A stretch of 64,000 nt of DNA from a virus (lineage: Duplodnaviria; Caudoviricetes): positions 1-64,000 of IMG/VR virus record IMGVR_UViG_3300034410_000589; one strand, 5' to 3'. This document shows positions 8,981 through 18,023 of this stretch, piece after piece. The notes under the pieces are model-generated. The model was not told the DNA's origin, did no database searches, and saw nothing but the letters and a program-made list of their open reading frames with translations. Each line of letters begins with the position of its first letter. The first letter of the stretch is position 1. A program made the position numbers and the translations under genes.

Positions 8981-9737
8981 TCAAGAATCCGTAGCCTACA
9001 CCACCTGCAACTTGTAATGCTAAGTCTTGTTCTAACTTGTCCATTTCTTGTTGTGCTTCTGCTTTAAGACTGTCACCGTTTAACGATGTGCCGCCTTGTG
9101 GTCCTGCTACTGTTGCAAACTTACTACGTGCTTCACCTAACATATACTTACATGATGCTAGTGTATAATCTTTGATCCATTGCTTTGCAAGATAGTCTTG
9201 AAACAATTGATCGTCTGGTCTATAGTTGTATGCATAAATTAACACTTCTTCTTCGCCTCTTGGACGTTGTAATATTGTTAATTTTTTAGTTGTTGTATTC
9301 CATTTAAATTCTATAAAAGATCCAAACATACGTCCTACAAGTTCTTGGTAGCCTGCAAACATATCATATGTTGCTAAACCGCCCATTTGTGTTGAGCCAC
9401 TTAGTAGGTATGTATTTGTAAATGCTAAGTTAAATGGTTCAAACATTGAACTGCCGCCAGCATTACCACTACGTGAACCAATTGATCTACGAAATAACTT
9501 TCTTACTTCAATAATCTCATTTGGTAATATGTACTCATTTTGATCTTCAGTAAGTGTTAGGAACAAGTATGACTCCTCTACAGCATGATCTGTTCTTTGT
9601 CTATATTTTGTAAGTGCTTTTGTTAAAGCAGACTCGTAATGAATCGGATCAAGCTCAACATCAACCATGCCTCCGCCTAAAAATGCGTTAACATAGTCAA
9701 ATATCTCTTGTTTTTGTGTAGTTATACCTGTTGCCAT
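8973..9737 (-). CDS. gp13: Neck protein / head-tail adaptor (T4 gp13-like)
   Basis: LGGGMVDVEL...EESYLFL...WIKDYTLA..KYMLGEARSKF...GPQGGTSLNG..LKAEA. Confidence 0.85.
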   Translation of the reverse strand: MATGITTQKQEIFDYVNAFLGGGMVDVELDPIHYESALTKALTKYRQRTDHAVEESYLFLTLTEDQNEYILPNEIIEVRKLFRRSIGSRSGNAGGSSMFEPFNLAFTNTYLLSGSTQMGGLATYDMFAGYQELVGRMFGSFIEFKWNTTTKKLTILQRPRGEEEVLIYAYNYRPDDQLFQDYLAKQWIKDYTLASCKYMLGEARSKFATVAGPQGGTSLNGDSLKAEAQQEMDKLEQDLALQVAGGVGYGFLIG

Positions 9738-9756
9738 ATGTCTTGTTCTCCAATAG

Positions 9757-9777
9757 TATTTATCGTATCGATAAATA
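9757..9777. promoter_or_regulatory. Back-to-back late promoters for gp13 (-) and gp14 (+)
   Basis: TATTTATCG-TAT-CGATAAATA: GATAAATA on both strands (9757-9764 minus, 9770-9777 plus). Confidence 0.75.
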
Positions 9778-9782
9778 TGTAT

Positions 9783-11006
9783 ATGCCAAGACTATCATTA
9801 TATAAACCAGAAAAGGGCAACGACTACAAATTTATGGATCAAAGGATCTATGAAATGTTTACTATCGGCGGTACTGATATTAATATACACAAATATATAG
9901 GTACTGATGATGGAGAAGTTGTTAAAGACAATACTCAGATTCAAGATATTCTGTTCTTAGAAAATAGAGACAGAAAATATGATGACGATATCTATACTAT
10001 TAGAGGCATATACAACGTACAAGATATTGATTTTGATCTAAGCCAATTTGGTTTATTCTTAACTAATGATACATTGTTTATGACTATACACATTACATCA
10101 AGTGTGTCATCACTAGGTAGAAAAATAATGCCAGGTGATGTTATAGAACTACCTCACTTAAAAGACGAGTATGCAGAAAATGATTTTGCAACTAGTTTAA
10201 AACGATACTATGTAGTTGAAGATGTAAACAGAGCCGCTGAAGGCTTTTCACCAACGTGGTATCCACACTTGTACAGAATTAAATTAAAACAAATTGTTGA
10301 TAGTCAAGAGTTTGCAGATATATTAGAAACACCAGAAGATGAAGATATCTTTATGGGTGATTATAGTATAACTACAACTTACGAAATTGGACAAGTTGTA
10401 AAGTACAAAGGCAAGTTATATCAAGCCACAGCACAGACAGTAGGAAACACACCTACAGACGTTTTTAATTGGGCAGAGTATACTGAGAACACTCTTAGAG
10501 ATTTACTAAGCACATACGAAAAAGAAAAAGCAATTAATGATGCTGTACTTGCTGAAGCAGAAGCAGACGCTCCTAAATCAGGTTATGATGTAGGACATTA
10601 TTATTCAATAGATTCAGACGAATCTGGCAAAACTAGAATTAATACTGTTGACGATAAAGACGCTGGCAAACCAAATAGAAGCGGATATGCTGGCTACCTT
10701 ATCGAAGATGGACAACCGCCTAACGGTGCAGCATTTGGCAGTGGTACTAGTTTTCCTGCTATTAATGAAGCAGGTGATTACTTTTTACGTACAGACTTTT
10801 TACCTAATAGGTTGTTTAAGTTTGATGGGTCAAGATGGCTTAAGGTACAAGATAATATTAGAATGACAATGACAAATACTGATCAAAGATTAAATCAAAT
10901 TGGTACGTTTATTAATAATACTAATACTGATGTTATTGGTGACGAAACTGTAACAGAAAGACAGGCATTAAGTAAAGCCTTAAGACCAAAAGCGGATGAT
11001 GTATAA
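9783..11006 (+). CDS. gp14: Neck/head-closure protein (T4 gp14-like) with insertions
   Basis: QDILFLENRDRKYD...DLSQFGLFL...GDVIELP. Start set at MPRLSLYK (9783) because the track start 9708 overlaps gp13 and its promoter. Confidence 0.75.
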   Translation: MPRLSLYKPEKGNDYKFMDQRIYEMFTIGGTDINIHKYIGTDDGEVVKDNTQIQDILFLENRDRKYDDDIYTIRGIYNVQDIDFDLSQFGLFLTNDTLFMTIHITSSVSSLGRKIMPGDVIELPHLKDEYAENDFATSLKRYYVVEDVNRAAEGFSPTWYPHLYRIKLKQIVDSQEFADILETPEDEDIFMGDYSITTTYEIGQVVKYKGKLYQATAQTVGNTPTDVFNWAEYTENTLRDLLSTYEKEKAINDAVLAEAEADAPKSGYDVGHYYSIDSDESGKTRINTVDDKDAGKPNRSGYAGYLIEDGQPPNGAAFGSGTSFPAINEAGDYFLRTDFLPNRLFKFDGSRWLKVQDNIRMTMTNTDQRLNQIGTFINNTNTDVIGDETVTERQALSKALRPKADDV

Positions 11007-12532
11007 TGCAATTTTTCTATGATGCACAAATAAGAAGATACATAACTCAACTTATTAGAATGTTGAGTAACTTTAATGTGCAAGATGCACACGGTAACGA
11101 AAAACAAGTGCCAGTTATGTATGGTGACTTAACAAGACAAGTTGCAAGTATAATTAGAGATAACTCAGAAAACAAAATACCTACAGCACCACGCATGGCT
11201 GTTTATGTTACAGGTTTAGAAATGGATAGAGACAGAACAGCTGACTCAAGCCTAATTAGTAAAAGACATGTACGTGAACGCACATATGACAGTGCTACAG
11301 GACAGTATCTTAACACACAAGGTAAAAATTATACTGTAGAAAGACATATGCCAGCACCTTACACACTAAAAGTAAGTGCTGATATTTGGGCTTCTAACAC
11401 AGAACAAAAATTACAAATACTAGAACAAATATTAGTATTGTTTAATCCTAGTTTTGAAATACAAACTACTGACAATTATTTAGACTGGACAAGTTTAACT
11501 GTTGTTAACATGGAAGGCATAACATTTAGTTCTAGATCAATACCTGTTGGTGTAGACAGTGAAATTGATGTTGCTAATTTACAGTTTAGCACACCTATAT
11601 ACTTAACACCTCCTGCTAAAGTAAAACGTTTAGGAGTTACAACAAGTATTATATCTAATATATTTAATGAGCAACAAGGTGATATTAATTTAGGTGCTAC
11701 TGTTGCAGGACAAATTGATGGTACAGAGCCTACATTTGTAACAAGAGTAAACACTGGTCCTATTGATGGAATCAATGACGGAAGTACAATGACTGTAGAT
11801 GACGGTGAATTTCCGAATCAAGGCACAGGACTTATGGACTTTGATACTAAGCGTCTATTTGACAAAACAAGTATTAGTAGCACATATCAAAACTATGGAT
11901 TAAGTGTAGAAAATGATATTGCACAACTAGTATACAAAAATAAAGTTGGTGATGTTAATTGGACAGAACTAGTAGAAGCATATCCAGGCACATACCAAGC
12001 AGGCGTTAGTAGAATACTATTAAAATCTAATGACGGTGACACTTATATAACAGGTACATTTACAATAAACCCGTTAGATGAAACTAAAATTGTTATTGAT
12101 TTTGATAGTGATTCGTTGCCAGATGATACCGTTATTCCAGGGCCTGCGAGAAGCAGTAATAGTTTAACAACAATAGATTATATTATTGACCCGCTTAGAT
12201 TTAATCCAGATCAAGTTAAAGCGGCAGGTGTGCGTTTGTTAATTTTAAGTGATATTGGCAGTGGTGAAAATGCCGATGGCCCAGATGCATGGAAAAATGC
12301 TGACGATTCAGACTTTATAGCAAGCGAATATGACATACTTGAATGGGACGGTAATAGATGGCATGTTGTATTTGATGCAAGCGGCGCTGATGATGGTAGT
12401 ACAGGATCACCTGCTACATATGTCAGCAATCTTAATACTGGTGTACAGTATAAATGGAATGGCGAATTTTGGATTAAGAGCTACGAAGGAGAATACTCAG
12501 GAGCGACCTGGAACATACTACTTGATGCATAA
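11006..12532 (+). CDS. gp15: Tail terminator/sheath stabiliser (T4 gp15-like) with C-terminal extension
   Basis: FFYDAQIRRYI...VPVMYGD...PRMAVY...PAPY.L...QILEQILVLFNPS. Confidence 0.8.
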   Translation: MQFFYDAQIRRYITQLIRMLSNFNVQDAHGNEKQVPVMYGDLTRQVASIIRDNSENKIPTAPRMAVYVTGLEMDRDRTADSSLISKRHVRERTYDSATGQYLNTQGKNYTVERHMPAPYTLKVSADIWASNTEQKLQILEQILVLFNPSFEIQTTDNYLDWTSLTVVNMEGITFSSRSIPVGVDSEIDVANLQFSTPIYLTPPAKVKRLGVTTSIISNIFNEQQGDINLGATVAGQIDGTEPTFVTRVNTGPIDGINDGSTMTVDDGEFPNQGTGLMDFDTKRLFDKTSISSTYQNYGLSVENDIAQLVYKNKVGDVNWTELVEAYPGTYQAGVSRILLKSNDGDTYITGTFTINPLDETKIVIDFDSDSLPDDTVIPGPARSSNSLTTIDYIIDPLRFNPDQVKAAGVRLLILSDIGSGENADGPDAWKNADDSDFIASEYDILEWDGNRWHVVFDASGADDGSTGSPATYVSNLNTGVQYKWNGEFWIKSYEGEYSGATWNILLDA

Positions 12533-12535
12533 TTA
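12528..12535 (+). promoter_or_regulatory. Late promoter variant CATAATTA, 5 nt before NUDIX ATG
   Basis: CATAATTA-TTAGT-ATG; same spacer as at 3765; no SD. Confidence 0.4.
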
Positions 12536-12540
12536 TTAGT

Positions 12541-12981
12541 ATGAAAGAGATTGTTTGTAGCGGAGCCTTATTCTACTCCTTAACCACTGAAAGATTTTTA
12601 TTTTTACATAGGACAGGAAACAAATCTAATGTTTCTTGGGGACTTGTTGGTGGTACTAACGAACATAAGGAAACACCTTGGGAAGGCCTAAAAAGAGAAA
12701 TACACGAAGAAATAGGCGAAGTAGATTACAAAAAAGTTGTTCCTTTAGAAAGTTTTGTTAGTAACGATAATCATTTTTTCTTTCATACATATCTTATTGT
12801 AGTGGACAATGAGTTTATACCCACTCTTAATAAAGAGCATGATGGGTATGCGTGGGTAAGTGCAGGCAAATGGCCTAAGCCATTACATCACGGTTTGCGT
12901 AATACTTTGCAAAATAAAACAATTCAAAACAAACTAACCACAATAGTTGAAGTATTAAAGGTAATAGACACTAATGAGTGA
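12541..12981 (+). CDS. NUDIX hydrolase
   Basis: Nudix box GGTNEHKETPWEGLKREIHEEIG and EHDGYAWV. Confidence 0.9.
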   Translation: MKEIVCSGALFYSLTTERFLFLHRTGNKSNVSWGLVGGTNEHKETPWEGLKREIHEEIGEVDYKKVVPLESFVSNDNHFFFHTYLIVVDNEFIPTLNKEHDGYAWVSAGKWPKPLHHGLRNTLQNKTIQNKLTTIVEVLKVIDTNE

Positions 12982-13330
12982 AGTAACTAAACATGATTGG
13001 GGTCATGAACTTACTATTGCTAGTACTAATGATTACAGTACAAAGATATTAGCATTTGCAGGACCCGGAAGTAAAACTAACTTTTCTTTTAATGTAAAAA
13101 AAGAAAAAACTTGGTTTGTTAATACAGGACATTTTAAACTGAGATGGATCGATACTGATACTGGACAACTATTTGAAACAGTATTACAAGAAGGTCAAAC
13201 ACATCATGTACCTCCGCTAATGCCGTGTTGCTTAGAAGCAATATCAGCAGACAGTTCAATTACTGAATCAAGTAACGGTGATTACGATAAAGATACATTT
13301 ATTGTATTGCCTTCTAAAAATGTAGGGTAA
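12974..13330 (+). CDS. Cupin-fold protein (sugar-isomerase-like, metal ligands apparently lost)
   Basis: K.DWG.E...YSTKIL...K.KTWFV..G...L.EG...VPP pattern of small phage cupins. Confidence 0.55.
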   Translation: MSEVTKHDWGHELTIASTNDYSTKILAFAGPGSKTNFSFNVKKEKTWFVNTGHFKLRWIDTDTGQLFETVLQEGQTHHVPPLMPCCLEAISADSSITESSNGDYDKDTFIVLPSKNVG

Positions 13331-13333
13331 ACA

Positions 13334-13600
13334 ATGTTTCCAAGATTAACAACCTCCGAAAAATGGCTTAGAGATATAAAGAGATATCAATCTTTTTATG
13401 ATAATTTGCAAGAAGGCGCTGTCAAAAACAAACTAGGTTCTTACATAAAAACATTTGAAAGTCTAAGCAACGATATTGATGTAGGACATCAAAGTGGTAG
13501 CGGTGGCTATATCAAACCTCGACAACTAATTGATATTAAACATAATCTGTTTACTACGAAAGAAAAAATTGAAGTAATGTTAAAACAATTAGATAATTGA
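13334..13600 (+). CDS. Hypothetical helical protein
   Basis: 88 aa ORF 3 nt after cupin; convergent with and overlapping the next gene by 12 nt. Confidence 0.5.
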   Translation: MFPRLTTSEKWLRDIKRYQSFYDNLQEGAVKNKLGSYIKTFESLSNDIDVGHQSGSGGYIKPRQLIDIKHNLFTTKEKIEVMLKQLDN

Positions 13601-15169
13601 TATACGTTTAATTGTTATAGCACCTACCATTGCAGGGTGCAATGTACATTGATATCTATAGTTACCCGAAATTGTTTCAGGAACTTCCCAGTATAATGTT
13701 CCGCCATCTTTACCTTGTGCGTTTGTACCAGTTGAAACATTACCAATAATATCAACATGTACTAAACCTGTATTATATGCTGTGCCTGTACCATCTTGTA
13801 TTTCAAATGGATGTCCACCAATTTGATCTAAATCAAACGCAATAGTCATACCGCCTATTGCATATAGCGTTGGATTGTTTCCTGAATATCCGTGACTGTC
13901 AACAGTATATGCTGTATTACCTAAGTTATTCAATCTAATCATTGCCATAGCAGGCATATAACTTTTATCAATTGTCCTACCAGTTCGTACAACTTCTTCT
14001 AAATCGTCATACTTGTCAACACCTAGTGTTGCTGGCATATCTATTCTAACTTGAGTTCCTGTTACAGTGGTGTTAATATTCGTTCCGCCTGCAAAAGTAA
14101 ACGTGCCTGTAGTAGAATTTGCTGTAACTGATCCTGCATCACCGTTGAATGTTTCCCATAAATTTTGGTCTGGATCTCCTCCGCCGCCACTTACTGTATC
14201 TGGTCCCCATTCAGTGCCTGACCATACTAATGCTTGGCCTGTAGCAGGAGCCGCACTACCAACATCTGCTAAATCTGCAAGATTAGAACTTGTACTTAAT
14301 GCATCAGTTATACCATATCCTGAAAGTGTAGTTGGTGTTGTACCTAAGTCTGCAAAATCTTCAACAGCATCAGTAATTCCGTAACCTGCTATTGTGGTTG
14401 GTACATTTGATAAGTTTAAAAATGATCCATCAAATGCATCAGTAATTCCGTAACCTGCTATTGTGGTTGGTTTATTTGCAAGGTCTGCAAAATCGCCACT
14501 AAACAATAAACTTGTAGTATCTGTTAAGTCGCTTATATCTGCTGGTATCGTAGGTGTGTTTATAAAGTTATTATAATTTAAAAAGTAAACACTATCTTGT
14601 CCATCTAATGTGTCAGCGTCTGTGCCGCCGCCACCTGTTGTAGAATCAAGTCCTGGTGACCATTTAGACCCATCCCATTTTAAAACATTTCCTGCAACTG
14701 GGGTTGTATTTGAAGTGTCAACATCAGTTAAATCATTTATACTAAGTGTAGGTGTAGTACCATTTATAGTTACTGTATTACCTACAATTTGTGTGGCTAC
14801 GTTAGTTCCGCCTTCGAATGTTACTGTACTAGTAGGTGTAGATGCTGAAATAGATCCTACATCTGCATCAATTTGAGAAAATAAATTTTGATCAGGATCA
14901 CCAACAGCACCGTTAAAACTAATACTTACTTCATCGCCAGTTATTGCTGTAACTATGTCAGTGCCACCTGTTATAGCAAAAGAATCATTTTCGTTATCTG
15001 CTGTAGTAGTTCCTGTGTCTGCTGTAAATGTCTTAAATGCATCTGGTTGTTCAGCAGAAATACCACCACCTGAAACTACGTTCCAAGAAGTACCGTCCCA
15101 AATCCATGTAGTTGTGCCGTCAGTAAACGTATCATCTACATTTGGTGTTGCTGGAAAATTTAATGCCAT
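13589..15169 (-). CDS. Fibre-like virion protein with C-terminal cupredoxin-like domain
   Basis: PTTIAGYGITDA fibre repeats, LxDLxDV...GxVLKWDG..W modules, two DPDQNL-containing repeats, C-terminal GGHPF...YQCTLHPAMVG. Confidence 0.7.
   Translation of the reverse strand: MALNFPATPNVDDTFTDGTTTWIWDGTSWNVVSGGGISAEQPDAFKTFTADTGTTTADNENDSFAITGGTDIVTAITGDEVSISFNGAVGDPDQNLFSQIDADVGSISASTPTSTVTFEGGTNVATQIVGNTVTINGTTPTLSINDLTDVDTSNTTPVAGNVLKWDGSKWSPGLDSTTGGGGTDADTLDGQDSVYFLNYNNFINTPTIPADISDLTDTTSLLFSGDFADLANKPTTIAGYGITDAFDGSFLNLSNVPTTIAGYGITDAVEDFADLGTTPTTLSGYGITDALSTSSNLADLADVGSAAPATGQALVWSGTEWGPDTVSGGGGDPDQNLWETFNGDAGSVTANSTTGTFTFAGGTNINTTVTGTQVRIDMPATLGVDKYDDLEEVVRTGRTIDKSYMPAMAMIRLNNLGNTAYTVDSHGYSGNNPTLYAIGGMTIAFDLDQIGGHPFEIQDGTGTAYNTGLVHVDIIGNVSTGTNAQGKDGGTLYWEVPETISGNYRYQCTLHPAMVGAITIKRISII
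14301..14471. repeat. Coding tandem repeat (PTT[IL][AS]GYGITDA)
   Basis: Exact 36-nt copies at 14367-14402 and 14436-14471, degenerate copy at 14301-14336; periods 69 and 66 nt (in frame). Confidence 0.85.
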
Positions 15170-16737
15170 TAAGAGCCTCCACTAATATTTATCGTTCCTG
15201 CAATAGCCCATGTGTTTGCTGATCCGTGTCTACTGTATAACATTCTGTTTGGGCTACCTAGCAAACTGTTAATATAATCGTCGTAGTCAGTATCAGACCC
15301 TGTAGTACTTATTACATCTTTAGTATCACTAATAACTTTGTCTTTTAATTGTGCTGGTGTTAAGTCCGGTTGTACTTGTAAATGTAATGCACAAACACCT
15401 GCTACTTGCGGTGATGCCATTGACGTGCCACCAATACTCATAATTTTATATGTACTGTTGTCAGGATAATCTAGCAATGAATATACAGCGTCTGCAAGCA
15501 CACTAGACGTACTCATTATATTATCGCCGGGTGCGTATATGTTTATTGCAGGGCCTCTAGTAGAACTACTAGCTATTCTATCAACACCCGAGTTTACTTC
15601 AGCATCTATATTACCGACCATAAATGCATCATTGCTAAAAGGTGAACTTCCTCTATGATATGCTATATCACCACTGCCAAAATTTACTGTATTGTTAAAA
15701 TCAAGTCCTGTTGGTAAATCGGCTTTATATCTATTATTTCCAGCAGCAATACATACATGTATTCCAGCATCAATCATATCTTCTATTTCTGCATCTACTG
15801 ATGATACTCTTACTGGTACTCTATTATTACCAAAAAACAATCTACTAACTCCGGTTGCAGCCCATAGTTCGCCTCTGGTAGTATAGTCAACTCCGTATGT
15901 CCATGCTGTACCTCTATAAGTACCATTTGTTGGATCGCCTTGTTGATTAGTTCCGTAGCCCCAACTCATATTAACTACTGTAGGACGGCCGTTGGTCTTA
16001 GCATTGTGCCATAATCTGATAGCATCAAATGCATCACTTATTGACGTACCAGTGCCGTCACTTCCTGACAATGTTTCCAAACCGTTTAACTTCTGTGAAT
16101 AAATGTGAGCACCTTTAGCCCAACCATATGTTTTACCTGCAGCTATACCTGCACAATGCGTTCCGTGGCCGTCGGCATCTCTATAATAGTTTGTGCTTTG
16201 TGTTCCACCAAGACCGCTTTCTGTATACCAATCAATTTGTTGTAGTCTACTTACTCCGTCTGCATCTTCCCATTCAGGATGATCAGGATCAATGCCACTG
16301 TCTTGTATCACAACATCTACGCCTGTACCGTCTAACGCATAGTCATAATTGCCTGTAACAGTATTATTACTACCATATACATTCGTTGTTTCTATACAGC
16401 GCCTTAGACCCCAATTAACATAACTAGGTGTTGTTAGTGCTGCTCCTGATATTGATCTATAAAATACACCAGTTTGTGATGCATTTTTTATTAGTTCAAT
16501 ATCGTCTCGTTGTTCTGGTGGTATTTCTACCGATAATACTCTTTCGTCATTTTGTAATTGTTGTGCTTCTTCGTCTGTAAGCATCCAATGAGTCATACGC
16601 TTTGATCCTACTCTAGGATTAGCCACATCTACACTTCTGTTAGGGATTGGACCTGCACCCGAAGTTGCAGATAATTCTGCATCAAATGCTTCTATATCAA
16701 TTCCTCTATGTACTACTACAATGTATTCTTTTTCCAT
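15169..16737 (-). CDS. Subtilisin-family (S8) serine protease with N-terminal propeptide-like domain
   Basis: Catalytic triad motifs VVIQDSG, HGTHCAG, GTSMASPQVAG; oxyanion AAGN. Confidence 0.92.
   Translation of the reverse strand: MEKEYIVVVHRGIDIEAFDAELSATSGAGPIPNRSVDVANPRVGSKRMTHWMLTDEEAQQLQNDERVLSVEIPPEQRDDIELIKNASQTGVFYRSISGAALTTPSYVNWGLRRCIETTNVYGSNNTVTGNYDYALDGTGVDVVIQDSGIDPDHPEWEDADGVSRLQQIDWYTESGLGGTQSTNYYRDADGHGTHCAGIAAGKTYGWAKGAHIYSQKLNGLETLSGSDGTGTSISDAFDAIRLWHNAKTNGRPTVVNMSWGYGTNQQGDPTNGTYRGTAWTYGVDYTTRGELWAATGVSRLFFGNNRVPVRVSSVDAEIEDMIDAGIHVCIAAGNNRYKADLPTGLDFNNTVNFGSGDIAYHRGSSPFSNDAFMVGNIDAEVNSGVDRIASSSTRGPAINIYAPGDNIMSTSSVLADAVYSLLDYPDNSTYKIMSIGGTSMASPQVAGVCALHLQVQPDLTPAQLKDKVISDTKDVISTTGSDTDYDDYINSLLGSPNRMLYSRHGSANTWAIAGTINISGGS
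15186..15193 (-). promoter_or_regulatory. Late promoter motif GATAAATA
   Basis: GATAAATA-TTAGT-GGAGG...ATG, inside the 3' end of the S8 gene. Confidence 0.6.
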
Positions 16738-16740
16738 GTG

Positions 16741-18018
16741 TTACGCCTTAAAAATATAAACAGCACCACTACCTTGACTTTCAGCAGGAACACCTGTTAC
16801 CAAGTAATCGTTAGTTGCTCTTATAGTAAATCCAAATCTATCATTTGTACTTGTATCGTATTTATTTGGATTCACTATAGTGTTTTGATAACTCCAATCT
16901 GATGTACTAAAAATATGTATTACACCACTTGCTGTACCGTTATCGTCGTCTTCTTCTAACGCTCCTACAGCAAGATAGTTGTCCGTTATTGCTATAGATT
17001 CACCGAATCTATCATTTACATTTGTATTGTACGAGTTTGGATTATTAATAGTTGTAACTAAATTACCATTTGATGGATTGTAAATATATACACGGCCGCT
17101 GTTATTTCCATCACTGTCTTCCCCAGGGCAACCTACTGCCGCATAATTTTCATTTAAGTCAACAGCATAACCAAATCGATCATCTAAGTCTAGTGCATCA
17201 TCTTTTGGATTGTATATTGATTGATCTGTTGCACCTGTGCTATTATTAAATAAGAAAAATGCACCACTATCACCTTGCCCTAATGCGCCTGGTTCATTTT
17301 CTCTCCAGTTACCTATCATTGTCCATGTATCAGTAATTGCAAGTGTATTAATTTTTTCACCAATTTGATCACCTGGATATTCGTCTTCATTATCTAAGTT
17401 TGGATTTTCAATTGAATGATCTAATGTTCCGTTTGACAAATCAAATATATATGTCCAACCTGTATCGTCGCCTAAACCTACAGCATTTTCTCTATATGCA
17501 CAAACACTAGCAAAATCTTCAGTAAGTGCAACAGTACTACCAAAGGCATCACCGTTTGGATTAATTTCTGTTGTATTAGGATTAGGATCATTAAATGTAT
17601 ATACTAAACTTCCGTCGGTTATATCAAATACATATGCTTTACCGTTGTTGTCAGTAGCATCGTTTTCACCGGGCGCACCTACAATAACGTACCCCGAATT
17701 AACAGCAACACTTGTGCCAAATAAATCTCCGTCACCTGCATTTATAGGTGCTACTGGATTTGGATTTAATATTGTTCTTAGATATGTACCTGTAGAAGTG
17801 TAAATGTAAACAATACCTTGTGACGGTACTCCTGATGCACCTTGTTCGCCAGGTGCTCCTACAGCAATATGATTAGGTCCTATTGCAACACTAGTACCAA
17901 ATGCGTCTGATTGTGCAATGCCTTCTGGATTAGGGTTTTCAAGATATCTTAATAATTTGAAAGGTGTCAACTTTGGTTGAAAATATTGTAAAGAACTTAC
18001 TGAGCTATATCTTGGCAT
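16741..18018 (-). CDS. FG-GAP repeat (integrin-alpha-like) seven-bladed beta-propeller
   Basis: Seven D.FG..VA....vGAPgE...G.VYI repeats. Start set at MPRYSS (18018) to avoid overlapping the upstream gene. Confidence 0.85.
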   Translation of the reverse strand: MPRYSSVSSLQYFQPKLTPFKLLRYLENPNPEGIAQSDAFGTSVAIGPNHIAVGAPGEQGASGVPSQGIVYIYTSTGTYLRTILNPNPVAPINAGDGDLFGTSVAVNSGYVIVGAPGENDATDNNGKAYVFDITDGSLVYTFNDPNPNTTEINPNGDAFGSTVALTEDFASVCAYRENAVGLGDDTGWTYIFDLSNGTLDHSIENPNLDNEDEYPGDQIGEKINTLAITDTWTMIGNWRENEPGALGQGDSGAFFLFNNSTGATDQSIYNPKDDALDLDDRFGYAVDLNENYAAVGCPGEDSDGNNSGRVYIYNPSNGNLVTTINNPNSYNTNVNDRFGESIAITDNYLAVGALEEDDDNGTASGVIHIFSTSDWSYQNTIVNPNKYDTSTNDRFGFTIRATNDYLVTGVPAESQGSGAVYIFKA

Positions 18019-18023
18019 AGGTT

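Noticed and set aside
9708-9782. ORF-track start of gp14 at 9708 (likewise 18060, 22260, 58280 for other genes)
   Set aside because: These extensions overlap neighbouring genes or promoters; downstream ATGs at 9783, 18018, 22248 and 58250 fit promoter spacing or stop/start coupling
14367-14471. Two exact 36-nt repeats with a 33-nt spacer, resembling a mini CRISPR array
   Set aside because: In-frame inside a fibre gene (PTTIAGYGITDA), only two exact copies, non-palindromic, spacer also coding, no cas genes
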